Under the pieces are notes generated by a model. The model was not told where the DNA came from, did no database searches, and saw nothing but the letters and a program-made list of their open reading frames with translations. The position numbers and the translations under genes are program-made. Below are positions 23,805-32,000 of a stretch of 32,000 nt of DNA, piece by piece. Source of the DNA: Ignicoccus pacificus DSM 13166 (lineage in GTDB: Archaea > Thermoproteota > Thermoprotei_A > Sulfolobales > Ignicoccaceae); NCBI GenBank assembly GCA_025340205.1, contig CP006868.1, positions 1,170,001 through 1,202,000 on the forward strand, given 5' to 3'. Each line of letters opens with the position of its first letter. Position 1 is the first letter of the stretch.

Positions 23805-24539
23805 CTACTCACTTACGAGAACATCCGTCATCATCCCAAGCGGAGGGAACTCCACGACCCCGAGCTCCTCATCGGCGACGTAGGGAACAGCTTCCTCTAA
23901 CTTGGCATACTTCTTTATTATTGGGGATAAGTACGACTCTTTAATCAAGCTCACGTTAGTGCCCGTCTGGTAAAGGCCTACCGCCGGTAGCACTACTAAG
24001 TAACCCCTTTCGTGGGGGACCTTTAGGAAGCACGGGAACTTGGCCGTAGCTCCTATAGGATCCCTCAAGGCCAAGCTTGGATGTTCGTGGCCCATTACCG
24101 TTATCTCCCCCGGCTCCACGTCTTCATGGCCGTGAACCACCTTGATCTCTCCTATGTCAAGCTCGTTGACCACGTCGAACCCCCTCTCTTGGAGCAAGTG
24201 TCTGACGAAGTTGTCGTGATTCCCCCTGACCAGTATGAGCTCGGCCCCCATCTCCTCGGCCGCGTCCAAGAACCTCAAAACGTCCCTCTGTTCCATTCTT
24301 CCTAACTTAGAGAAGAGGTGTTTGAGGTCGCCGGCTATAATTACTTTATTGCTTATCTTCAGAGAAAGCTTCAGCACCTCCAGCGCCTTCTTCAGCTGAG
24401 CTGGAGGCAAGTAGACTCCCTTTCTGCTCATCTCCTCCTCAAAGCCCAGGTGTAAGTCTGCTATTATCACGTGACCCTTGTAGACCAAGCCCCCGAAGGG
24501 AGTCGCCAACAAACCCGGCAGTATCTCCAGAGCCTCCAT
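23805..24539 (-). CDS. Calcineurin-like metallophosphoesterase (SbcD/Mre11-related archaeal family)
   Basis: All five motifs are present: 'ADLHLG', 'AGDLKH', 'RGNHDN', 'VVHGHE' and 'MGHEHP'. Confidence 0.85.
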   Translation of the reverse strand: MEALEILPGLLATPFGGLVYKGHVIIADLHLGFEEEMSRKGVYLPPAQLKKALEVLKLSLKISNKVIIAGDLKHLFSKLGRMEQRDVLRFLDAAEEMGAELILVRGNHDNFVRHLLQERGFDVVNELDIGEIKVVHGHEDVEPGEITVMGHEHPSLALRDPIGATAKFPCFLKVPHERGYLVVLPAVGLYQTGTNVSLIKESYLSPIIKKYAKLEEAVPYVADEELGVVEFPPLGMMTDVLVSE

Positions 24540-24605
24540 GGTTTAGTTCCGGGGAGGAGAGAGGAAAGGAGTATTTCTGTTTGGGAAGGGGAAAGGCGAA
24601 GGAGG

Positions 24606-24764
24606 TTAGGTGGGTAAGGTTAGGCACTGTTCGGTGCACTTTTGCTCGCAGTAGCGGGTGTTCTTGAGGTCCTCCGGGCAGTTGTTCATGCACTCGCACC
24701 AGCACCTCTCCTTAGGATCCATAACCTCCCACTTAGAGGGGTCGCACTCTACCAAGGCTTTCAC
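24606..24764 (-). CDS. Candidate small cysteine-rich protein (52 aa from the GTG, 38 aa from the ATG at 24722); not in the ORF track
   Basis: Hand translation gives VKALVECDPSKWEVMDPKERCWCECMNNCPEDLKNTRYCEQKCTEQCLTLPT*, with 8 Cys. Codon usage looks like neighbouring genes. It competes with the listed 88-aa ORF in another frame, which is P/G/S/L-rich. Confidence 0.4.
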   Translation of the reverse strand: MKALVECDPSKWEVMDPKERCWCECMNNCPEDLKNTRYCEQKCTEQCLTLPT

Positions 24765-24858
24765 CGCGTTCTATGCCGAATCTCCTAAGATAAGTTGGGG
24801 CCTTGCATAGCCCAAACCTCAACTATCCCTTGTCCCCCCATCTACCCGGGGATCGAAT

Positions 24859-27447
24859 TTGCCAGAACAGAAGTTCTTCGTCACTGCGGCCTTCCCCTAT
24901 GCCTTGCCGTTCGACTTGGAAGACCTCTACACGAGGCTAAGGAGCTTCGTGATAGCTGACGCTTATGCCAAGTACAACCTAAGCCTAGGCAAGGAAGTCC
25001 TCTTCCCCATGGGCTTCCACTACTCGGGAACCCCCATAGTGTCCTTCTTCGAGGAGGTGAAGAAGGGTAATGAGGAAGCTGTAAAGAAGCTCAAGAGCTT
25101 GGGCGTAGACCCCACTCAAGTGGAATCCCCTAAGCACTTGGCAGACATAATGGCTGAGAAGATAAGGGAGCTCTTGGAAAAGCTTCAAGTTGAGCCCGAT
25201 TGGTCCCATTCGTTCAACACCGAGGATCCTGGATATAAATCCTTCGTAAGATGGATATTCTTGAAGCTTAAGGAAAAGGGCCTCGTGGAGAAGGGGATCT
25301 ACCCCGTCCCGTGGGATCCGGTAGAGGAGATGCCCATAAGTCATCACGACACCCAAGGCTTCAAGCTTCCCAAGATAGGACAGTTCTACCTCCTCCTCTT
25401 CGAGGTCTCTCCTAACACCTACTTGCCGGCCGCCCTTAGACCTGAGACGGCCTTCGCCGTTACCAACATATGGATAAACCCTAAGTCAAAATATGTGCTA
25501 ATAGATATGAATGGAAAGAGGATGATAGTGAGCGAGAAGGCGGCCTTCAAGCTCAGGCACCAAATAGAGGGAGTCGTTGAGCTGGGAGAGGTCTCCCCCA
25601 CCGAGCTGCTCGGCAAGAGGGCGCTCAACCCCATAACCCTAGAGAGGGTCCCCGTCCTCCCCTCCTCTCACGTGGATCCCAACAAGGGGAGCGGGCTGGT
25701 CGCCTCCACGCCGGCCCACAACGTTCAAGATTATCTAGCTCTCAAGGAGTTCCTCTCCAGTCCTACCTTACTCGAGAGCTTTGGCATCGAGGAGAAGGAG
25801 ATCAAGCCGAAGAAGGTGATAGAGGTCCCCGGGGAGGAGGACCTCTTGGAGAAGCTGCTGAAGGAAGATCCCAAGGAGGCGAACAGGAGGCTAACCCTAA
25901 TAGAGAGGAACAAGGGAAGAATGATTTGCGAGGAGATACTGAAGCTCGCTAAGGGCACCGAGAGGGAGGACTTCTTCAAGGGCCTGCTGAAGGTAGCCAT
26001 TTGTGACCACAAGCCTGGAGAAGTTGCGGAAATAGTGAAGAACGCCACGATATTCTCTGGAATAGCGTTCGTAATGTATGATATAATTAACGGACCCATT
26101 TACTCTAGGTTTGGAAACGAGGTAGTGGTCAAGATCCTCAAGGACCAGTGGTTCTTGAATTACGACAACGACAAGTGGAAGGAGGAAGCACTGGAGGCCT
26201 TGGGAATGACCGAGTTCTGGCCTAGAGACGCCAAGAAGGTCGTGGCGGAGAGCATCAGGACCGCAAGGAAGAGGGCCTTCACCGTGACTAGGGGAATGGG
26301 AACGGAGCTTCCTTGGGAGAGAGGTGCGATAATAGACAGCTTGAGCGATTCCACATTATACTACATGTATTACATCTTCGCTCCCAAGGTTAACGGGAAG
26401 GAGCTCAGCCCGGAGGAGTGGGATTATCTGATACTGGGTAAGGGAATGGGTGAGATTCCGGAGGAGCTGAAGGAGCTAAGGAGAGAGTTCATCAAGTGGA
26501 TGCCACTCGATATGAGGATAGTCCACGAGGGCCTGCTAAGGAGCCACGTGGCCTACATGTACTTCCATCAAGCGGCGCTCCTTCCCCCGACCCAGTCTCC
26601 CAAGAGGCTCATCTCAACCGGACCGGTCGAGGGAGACCTCAGGGATCCGTGGAAGGTGAACGGAGAAGCGCTGAGGTTGTTACTATTAACCAAGGCCAAG
26701 CCATCATCTAAGCTAACGATTGAGAAGTTGGAGGATGAATTGAATTCAATGAATAGGATGATAAACCAGATCAAGAATCTGAAAGGCATTGAAACCGAAG
26801 AAAGGGAGATGACCTTGGTAGATCAGTGGCTCTTGAGCGAGCTCGCCAAGCAAGGGGAGAGGTTCAGGTTCCACATGGAGCAGAATCAAGTAAGGGAGGC
26901 AGCTCTTATAGCGGTTAACAAGATGCTGGACATAGCCTTTAGATACTTGAGCAGGGTTGCAGACGAAGGATTGAAACCCTCCAACGTCTTCAAGGACTTC
27001 TTGGAAGGCTGGAGCGCTATGTTGTATCCGATAATGCCTAAGCTGGCCAAGGAGATAGGGACCGGCAAGTGGGTTGAAGCCGAGAGGAACCTAGAGGCGG
27101 AGGCGGCGGAGGCCTACTTTGACATCCTCTACCAGACCCTCAAGCCGTACAGAGGTAAGAGGGTAACTTTGGTCGTGGCACCTTATGAGAAGATGAAGGC
27201 GCTTAGAGACGCGCTCGAAGCCATAGATGAAGGAGTGTGGGAGGACTTGGAGGACATGCCGAAGGAGATAGTGGATGAGGCCTTCAAGCTAGGGAGCGAC
27301 TTGAGGGAGCTGGTGAACTACATCAACGAAGAGGAGCTAGCGAGGAGGTTCGCCGAGGTGCTCAAGAACAAGCTCGGCTTAGAGGAACTCAAGGTTGAGG
27401 TCGGAGACACCCTTCCGCTAAAACCTCTTGTGAAAGAAAATCAGTGA
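24859..27447 (+). CDS. Leucyl-tRNA synthetase paralog lacking the HIGH and KMSKS catalytic motifs
   Basis: Clearly collinear with archaeal LeuRS: 'KFFVTAAFPY', 'LFPMGFHYSGTPIV', 'LPAALRPETAFAVTNIWINP', 'ESLSDSTLYYMYY'. Where HxGH is expected it reads 'FDLEDLYTR'. The KMSKS loop region reads 'STGPVEGDLRDPWKVNG'. It is also about 35 aa shorter at the N-terminus and shorter at the C-terminus than typical archaeal LeuRS of about 950 aa. Confidence 0.8.
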   Translation: MPEQKFFVTAAFPYALPFDLEDLYTRLRSFVIADAYAKYNLSLGKEVLFPMGFHYSGTPIVSFFEEVKKGNEEAVKKLKSLGVDPTQVESPKHLADIMAEKIRELLEKLQVEPDWSHSFNTEDPGYKSFVRWIFLKLKEKGLVEKGIYPVPWDPVEEMPISHHDTQGFKLPKIGQFYLLLFEVSPNTYLPAALRPETAFAVTNIWINPKSKYVLIDMNGKRMIVSEKAAFKLRHQIEGVVELGEVSPTELLGKRALNPITLERVPVLPSSHVDPNKGSGLVASTPAHNVQDYLALKEFLSSPTLLESFGIEEKEIKPKKVIEVPGEEDLLEKLLKEDPKEANRRLTLIERNKGRMICEEILKLAKGTEREDFFKGLLKVAICDHKPGEVAEIVKNATIFSGIAFVMYDIINGPIYSRFGNEVVVKILKDQWFLNYDNDKWKEEALEALGMTEFWPRDAKKVVAESIRTARKRAFTVTRGMGTELPWERGAIIDSLSDSTLYYMYYIFAPKVNGKELSPEEWDYLILGKGMGEIPEELKELRREFIKWMPLDMRIVHEGLLRSHVAYMYFHQAALLPPTQSPKRLISTGPVEGDLRDPWKVNGEALRLLLLTKAKPSSKLTIEKLEDELNSMNRMINQIKNLKGIETEEREMTLVDQWLLSELAKQGERFRFHMEQNQVREAALIAVNKMLDIAFRYLSRVADEGLKPSNVFKDFLEGWSAMLYPIMPKLAKEIGTGKWVEAERNLEAEAAEAYFDILYQTLKPYRGKRVTLVVAPYEKMKALRDALEAIDEGVWEDLEDMPKEIVDEAFKLGSDLRELVNYINEEELARRFAEVLKNKLGLEELKVEVGDTLPLKPLVKENQ

Positions 27448-28340
27448 CCGAATATACTGGTTCCTATTATCATCTCCATGACTTTTCCGAATGCGAAGCT
27501 TCCGAAGGCTGTCAGCATCAGCAAGGTGACGCTCTCCACGTATTCCCTCATGAAGTTCTTGTCTTGTATGACAGAGCTGTAGTATATGAAGGCTCCGAGG
27601 ATCGCCATAGCTACCATTAGCGACGCGACGAAAGCTCCCCAGATGTTGTGTATTATGAAGTACGGGAGCGCTAGTAGTACCACCGAGAGGATGTAGGCCA
27701 GTCCCGTTATCCCCGCGCTTACGGGAGGGCTAACGGAGGGATCGTGCTTCGCTTGGAGGTAAGCCGCTCCAGACATCGAGAGGGAGGCGGAGAAGCCCAC
27801 TATTATTCCGGCCAGTCCCGCCAGGATGGTGTTGGCGGTAGCTCCCAAGAAGCCCGCGTGGACTCCGGTGACCTCTACCACCGCGTCCGCCAATCCGAGC
27901 GCTATGTAACCCAAGTACTTTACCCTTATGTCCTCGACGTCCTTTATCAGCTCGTTCTCATGGTACATCTCGTCCTTCAGTATCTCCTCTAGCTCCCTCT
28001 TCGTCTCCTCGTCCTTTGCTTCCTCAAGCAATCTCTTGTAGCACTTTATCGCATCCGTTTCGCTTCTCTCCATAAGTTTAAGCAAGAAGTGCGTTCCAAA
28101 GATCTTTCTCATAATCTTTATCTTCCTTAAGTTAACCTTTGGTGGCTCGCATTCCACGTGCCTCCTCCAGAACTCGAAGTGTCTCCTCTCTTGCTCCGCT
28201 ATAGTCTTCAGCTTCTTGGCCACCTTCTCGTTCTTCTCAGTCGCTGCCAAGTAGCTGTAGATCACGTAAGACTTCCACTCCTCCTTGCACATCTCCTTCC
28301 CCATCTCCTCGAAGTCGGTCACTTTCGTCTTCACCGCCAA
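27441..28340 (-). CDS. Ferritin-like (erythrin) domain fused to a VIT1/CCC1-family iron transporter
   Basis: The N-terminal four-helix region has ExxH motifs ('EQERRHFEFW', 'DEMYHENEL'). The C-terminal TM region 'GLADAVVEVTGVHAGF...' is typical of VIT1. Confidence 0.75.
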   Translation of the reverse strand: MAVKTKVTDFEEMGKEMCKEEWKSYVIYSYLAATEKNEKVAKKLKTIAEQERRHFEFWRRHVECEPPKVNLRKIKIMRKIFGTHFLLKLMERSETDAIKCYKRLLEEAKDEETKRELEEILKDEMYHENELIKDVEDIRVKYLGYIALGLADAVVEVTGVHAGFLGATANTILAGLAGIIVGFSASLSMSGAAYLQAKHDPSVSPPVSAGITGLAYILSVVLLALPYFIIHNIWGAFVASLMVAMAILGAFIYYSSVIQDKNFMREYVESVTLLMLTAFGSFAFGKVMEMIIGTSIFGH

Positions 28341-28423
28341 AGTAGGCAGAAGGGAGCAATTAAGCGGAATCCCCGAAGAACCTAAATGAGCTCCTTGAGT
28401 ATGGCTATGACAGGTAAAGCGGC

Positions 28424-30172
28424 TTGTGCGGCATAGCGGCTCTAGCGACGACCGGAGAGACGAAGAAGCAGACGGTAAGGATATTGCTTGAAGCCTTGAG
28501 GTCCCTCGAGTACAGGGGATACGATTCTGCTGGGCTAGCCGTCTACGACGAGGACGAGGGGAGGATTAAGGTATGGAAGAGGAAGGGTAAGGTCGAGACC
28601 TTGGTGAGGCTTCTAAGGGGAGTAAGGATAAGCGCGCCCATTGGAATAGCCCATACCCGATGGGCCACTCACGGAGTCCCCAACGAGGTAAACGCTCATC
28701 CTCATTTAGATTGTAGAGGAGAGATAGCGGTCGTTCACAATGGAATTATATCAAACTACTTGGAACTGAAGAAAGAACTGATCGAAAAAGGTCATGTCTT
28801 CAAAAGCGAGACGGATACTGAAGTTTTCGCTCACTTGTTTGAGGAGGAGATGAAGAGTAAGGAGCCCTTCGAGGCGTTTAAGTCTGCCATAAGCAAGCTT
28901 GAAGGGTACTACGCTATAGTCGCCATAACGTCCAAGGACCCGGAGAGAGTATTCTTCGCTAGAAAGGAGAGCCCTCTGATCGTAGGCAAAGGGAGCGACT
29001 TGAATATGGTTTCAAGCGATATAGCGAGCTTGCTGAGGTACTGCTCCAAGGTAGCTCCCATAGAGGACGGGGAGGTGGGATGGCTCACTTGGAGGGAGAT
29101 ATATGTAGAGAAAAACGGAGAAAGGGTAGCGGTAGGGGAGAGGTTCTTCCGTCCCCCTTGGACCCCAGAACAAGCTACCAAAGGCAACTTCCCTCACTTC
29201 ATGCTTAAGGAGATACACGAACAAGGAACGGCAGTAAAGGAAACCCTCATGAGCATCTCAACAGATCCAAGGGTCAAGGAGGTTCTCGAGCTCCTCGAGG
29301 GGAGGGTAGTGGTGGTAGCGGCCGGCACTTCCCTTCACGCTGGAATGGTCTTCTCCTACGCCTTAGGTAAGCTCTTGGGTAAGGACGTAATCTTGTTGGA
29401 TTCCTCGGAAGCATATCATTTAGAAAAGTTATTGAAAGATACAGTAATTGCGATAAGTCAGAGCGGTGAAACCTATGATACCCTTAAGGCAGTCAGGATA
29501 GCGAAGAGGAACGGCGCTAAGGTAATAGGAGTTGTGAACGTCTTAGGATCTACCTTGGATAGGGAGGCTGACATAAGCCTCTACACCAGGGCCGGACCGG
29601 AAATAGGGGTTGCTGCCACCAAGACCTTCTTGAGCCAAGTCACCTTGCTCCTCTACCTAGTGTCGAGGATGAGCGGGGTAGAGTTGAAGGACCCTCACCT
29701 CCTCGTGGAATCTTCTATAAGAAAGAGCATAGGATATGCAAGGAGCTTGGCGGAGAGACTCAAGGAGAAGCAGAGCATGTTCGTCCTAGGCACTGGAGCC
29801 AGCTTGCCCATAGCGTATGAGGGAGCCTTGAAGATAAAGGAGATATCATACGTTCACGCCGAGGGATACCCGGCGGGTGAGGCGAAGCACGGTCCAATAG
29901 CTCTAGCAGAGGAGGGCTTTCCGGTTCTGATAGCTTGGACTCCAGAGGACGAGGAGAAGCTCCAAGTGGCGAAGGAGGAGTTCGCCTCCAGGGGAAGCGA
30001 GGTCTACTGGGTGGGTCCGAGGGGGGACATAGTTGCTCCCGAGAGCGATTGGCTCCACTTGCCCTTCACCATAACTCCTCCCTTCCAGCTGCTCGCCTAC
30101 TACATGGCAGTGCTCAAAGGTTATGATCCCGACAAGCCCAGAAACCTAGCGAAGAGCGTTACGGTTCACTAA
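28424..30172 (+). CDS. glmS: Glutamine--fructose-6-phosphate aminotransferase (isomerizing)
   Basis: 582 aa. N-terminal nucleophile 'MCGIAAL', 'HTRWATHG', 'VVHNGII', two SIS domains ('SQSGETYDT') and the C-terminal 'NLAKSVTVH'. Confidence 0.93.
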   Translation: MCGIAALATTGETKKQTVRILLEALRSLEYRGYDSAGLAVYDEDEGRIKVWKRKGKVETLVRLLRGVRISAPIGIAHTRWATHGVPNEVNAHPHLDCRGEIAVVHNGIISNYLELKKELIEKGHVFKSETDTEVFAHLFEEEMKSKEPFEAFKSAISKLEGYYAIVAITSKDPERVFFARKESPLIVGKGSDLNMVSSDIASLLRYCSKVAPIEDGEVGWLTWREIYVEKNGERVAVGERFFRPPWTPEQATKGNFPHFMLKEIHEQGTAVKETLMSISTDPRVKEVLELLEGRVVVVAAGTSLHAGMVFSYALGKLLGKDVILLDSSEAYHLEKLLKDTVIAISQSGETYDTLKAVRIAKRNGAKVIGVVNVLGSTLDREADISLYTRAGPEIGVAATKTFLSQVTLLLYLVSRMSGVELKDPHLLVESSIRKSIGYARSLAERLKEKQSMFVLGTGASLPIAYEGALKIKEISYVHAEGYPAGEAKHGPIALAEEGFPVLIAWTPEDEEKLQVAKEEFASRGSEVYWVGPRGDIVAPESDWLHLPFTITPPFQLLAYYMAVLKGYDPDKPRNLAKSVTVH

Positions 30173-30233
30173 AAGGGATGACTGAGTTTATTCCGGGCTA
30201 CCGAGCGGTGAGGATTGGACTACCGCGAGGACC

Positions 30234-30437
30234 TCAGTTGGGATCCATCTCGGCCGCCATTTCGGTGAGTATAGCGAGGCCTCCGAAGAGTATGGCCGCC
30301 CCAGTGGTCAGGAGCACTATGTTGGTTGCCAAGTCTGCTGGAATAGTGAACAAGTGAGTGGCGGTAGTCATTATGAAGTCGATAACTATGGCTATTACCA
30401 TCAATAGCGTGAATAAGCTGTTAATCTTCCCTATCAC
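30234..30437 (-). CDS. Small two-TM membrane protein
   Basis: 67-aa hydrophobic ORF with no recognisable family. Confidence 0.35.
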   Translation of the reverse strand: MIGKINSLFTLLMVIAIVIDFIMTTATHLFTIPADLATNIVLLTTGAAILFGGLAILTEMAAEMDPN

Positions 30438-30478
30438 TTCCCATCCCCATAGCTATGGGGAGGAAAGGGCTTTTACAT

Positions 30479-31324
30479 TTAAGGAGGTGATACCGAGAAG
30501 CTCCTCACCACGTTCTCGACGTTAAGCTTGTACAGGTAGTCCTCGCTGACCTTCTCCTCGTTCAGTAACTCCAGTTGTACCTTCGCCATCTCCCACGGGT
30601 AGATCACTATTCCGGGCCTCTTGGGATCGTCTATGTGGTCGCTCTCAACCATGTAATTAGGGGGTAACTCGAGGGCCTTCTCCAAGCTCCCCTTGACTCC
30701 TGGGGCAGTTGCGGGAACTCCTAGCTCCACCGCGGCCTTGAGCGTCTTTCCCCTGGCATGGTGCATTATCACCCTCTCCGACTTAGCGCCTATCCTCCTC
30801 ACCCTCTCCTTGACGTCGAGGGCGCTTACCCTCCCCCCTTGCTCTAGGTGTAAGTGCACCACCACGTCGTAGTCTTTGGATATCTCTATAGCTCTGTCCA
30901 TAATGTGCTCAGCTATGACCACCGAAATAGGGTTGGTCTTGTAGTGCTGCCTTCCTACCTCTCCCACGCCCTGAAGCCTTCCCTCCTTTACGGCCTTTTC
31001 CACTAAGTCCATTACCTTCATGCCAAAATCGAGCACTTCCTCCGGCTTCATCGATCCCAAGTGCTTGTCCACGTCGGCAGGGTGAAAGCCGTAAAGACAA
31101 GAGACCTTAAGGCCGTAGCTCCTAGCCTTCTCGCACTCCTTGATCGTTAACTCCAGCGTTTTCTCATAGCCCTCCAAGTTGCCTTCAATTCCATAGTGCC
31201 AAGGGCTCAGGCCCACTATCGCTAGGAACCAGCCTCCGGCTTCCTTGAACTTGGGAGCGATCTTTTCCATTCCGAGACCCCTTACGGGATTGGTGTGGGT
31301 GTGAGCATCCGCTATGGGAACCAC
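30479..31324 (-). CDS. TatD-related metal-dependent hydrolase (amidohydrolase fold)
   Basis: N-terminal 'ADAHTHTNP' (HxH metal motif), later 'VVHLHLEQ' and 'MHHARG', and 'ESDHIDD' near the C-terminus. Confidence 0.65.
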   Translation of the reverse strand: MVPIADAHTHTNPVRGLGMEKIAPKFKEAGGWFLAIVGLSPWHYGIEGNLEGYEKTLELTIKECEKARSYGLKVSCLYGFHPADVDKHLGSMKPEEVLDFGMKVMDLVEKAVKEGRLQGVGEVGRQHYKTNPISVVIAEHIMDRAIEISKDYDVVVHLHLEQGGRVSALDVKERVRRIGAKSERVIMHHARGKTLKAAVELGVPATAPGVKGSLEKALELPPNYMVESDHIDDPKRPGIVIYPWEMAKVQLELLNEEKVSEDYLYKLNVENVVRSFSVSPP

Positions 31325-31455
31325 TTCATTCCCCCGGAGCGCTTTGAGGAATAGCTTATGAGGAGAGGTTTAGGAAACCATCACGGCTCCGGTCCCTTCA
31401 CGCCGTCTGGAAGGGCGGCGAATGAGAGGGATCCCCGTTGGGCGCCACACATCCC

Positions 31456-32000
31456 TCACACACCAAGTTCCTCTAAGAGGAAGTATAGGAGAACCTTGTT
31501 GTTCTTAATTATTTCAAATGCCCTAAGTACATAGGGCTTATCCATGATTACAAGCTTCTCGCTGAGACTATCTCCTTTGAGCTTCCACCTGAGCATGGCA
31601 TTACCTCTAACATCGAGCACCTCCACCTCTCCTTTTCTTAGAACTAGGAGCAAGTCCTCGTATAATAGAGCGTCCTCAGCTTCTCCTATAACGACTTCAT
31701 CTCCGTTTACTATTGCCCTCCCGTCCCCAGTAATTATCAAACCGTTATCAGTCACCTTTAACGAGTTTAGATCGCCCAGCTTGGAAATGTGAACCTTGCC
31801 AGCTTCCTCCACCTCATCTTCAGCTAAGAGGAGGTGAAGCCAGGGAGGCTTGAGTATGCCTAAAGTAATCTTTCCCTTGATCCTCTTCGCGAAGAGTAAC
31901 CTTCCCTCAAGCGCGAAGACCTTCCCGTCGATCTCGACGATTACTTTGTTACTATTAAGAATTGAAATTAGGCCCTTACTCCCTATGAAGTACACCCTAG
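31456..32000 (-). CDS. Hypothetical protein (beta-rich); may extend beyond the window
   Basis: 179-aa ORF from the GTG at 31995. The frame is still open at the window edge, so the 5' end is uncertain. Confidence 0.45.
   Translation of the reverse strand, partial: RVYFIGSKGLISILNSNKVIVEIDGKVFALEGRLLFAKRIKGKITLGILKPPWLHLLLAEDEVEEAGKVHISKLGDLNSLKVTDNGLIITGDGRAIVNGDEVVIGEAEDALLYEDLLLVLRKGEVEVLDVRGNAMLRWKLKGDSLSEKLVIMDKPYVLRAFEIIKNNKVLLYFLLEELGV

Noticed and set aside
24439-24705. Listed 88-aa minus-strand ORF upstream of and overlapping the phosphoesterase start.
   Set aside because: Its composition is P/G/S/L-rich and it overlaps the phosphoesterase N-terminus. A different frame in the same region encodes a more protein-like Cys-rich peptide. 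Neither is proven.

Overview
This window looks like archaeal chromosome, probably from a hyperthermophilic crenarchaeon (Desulfurococcales-like). The basis is aIF2-alpha, Nop10, prefoldin, an archaeal-type LeuRS homolog, Csa1, K/E/V/I/L-rich proteins, and many GTG/TTG starts with GGAGG-like motifs. All calls come from reading the sequence and recalling family motifs; no database search or computation was run.

Gene content:
- Housekeeping genes: aIF2-alpha, Nop10, trpF, aroC, a Cys/Met-family PLP enzyme, glmS, pfdA and tRNA-Ser(UGA).
- A small CRISPR locus: 7 repeats of about 26 nt, a roughly 520-nt AT-rich leader, and an adaptation-only cassette (csa1-cas1-cas2-cas4) with no effector genes in view.
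- Envelope proteins: an S8 subtilase, a PQQ/FG-GAP-like secreted protein and an M50-PDZ protease.
- Several genes with no recognisable function.

Main observations:
1. An 862-aa LeuRS paralog lacks both the HIGH and KMSKS motifs.
2. A 27-bp in-frame inverted repeat encodes the peptide SPIIKKYAK in two unrelated convergent genes that bracket the prefoldin pair.
3. cas4 is split by a frameshift at a change in base composition.
4. The neighbouring MFS transporter carries an in-frame TAA.
5. An AT-rich island holds the M50 protease, the CRISPR array and the leader.
6. A 179-aa TtuA/NcsA-like protein has no PP-loop.
7. A coiled-coil protein is built from 11-residue repeats.
8. Two small ORFs are missing from the supplied track: Nop10 and a 52-aa Cys-rich ORF.

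The density of degenerate or broken genes stands out: the dead LeuRS, the mini-TtuA, a P-loop-like protein without Walker lysines, the split cas4 and the MFS stop.
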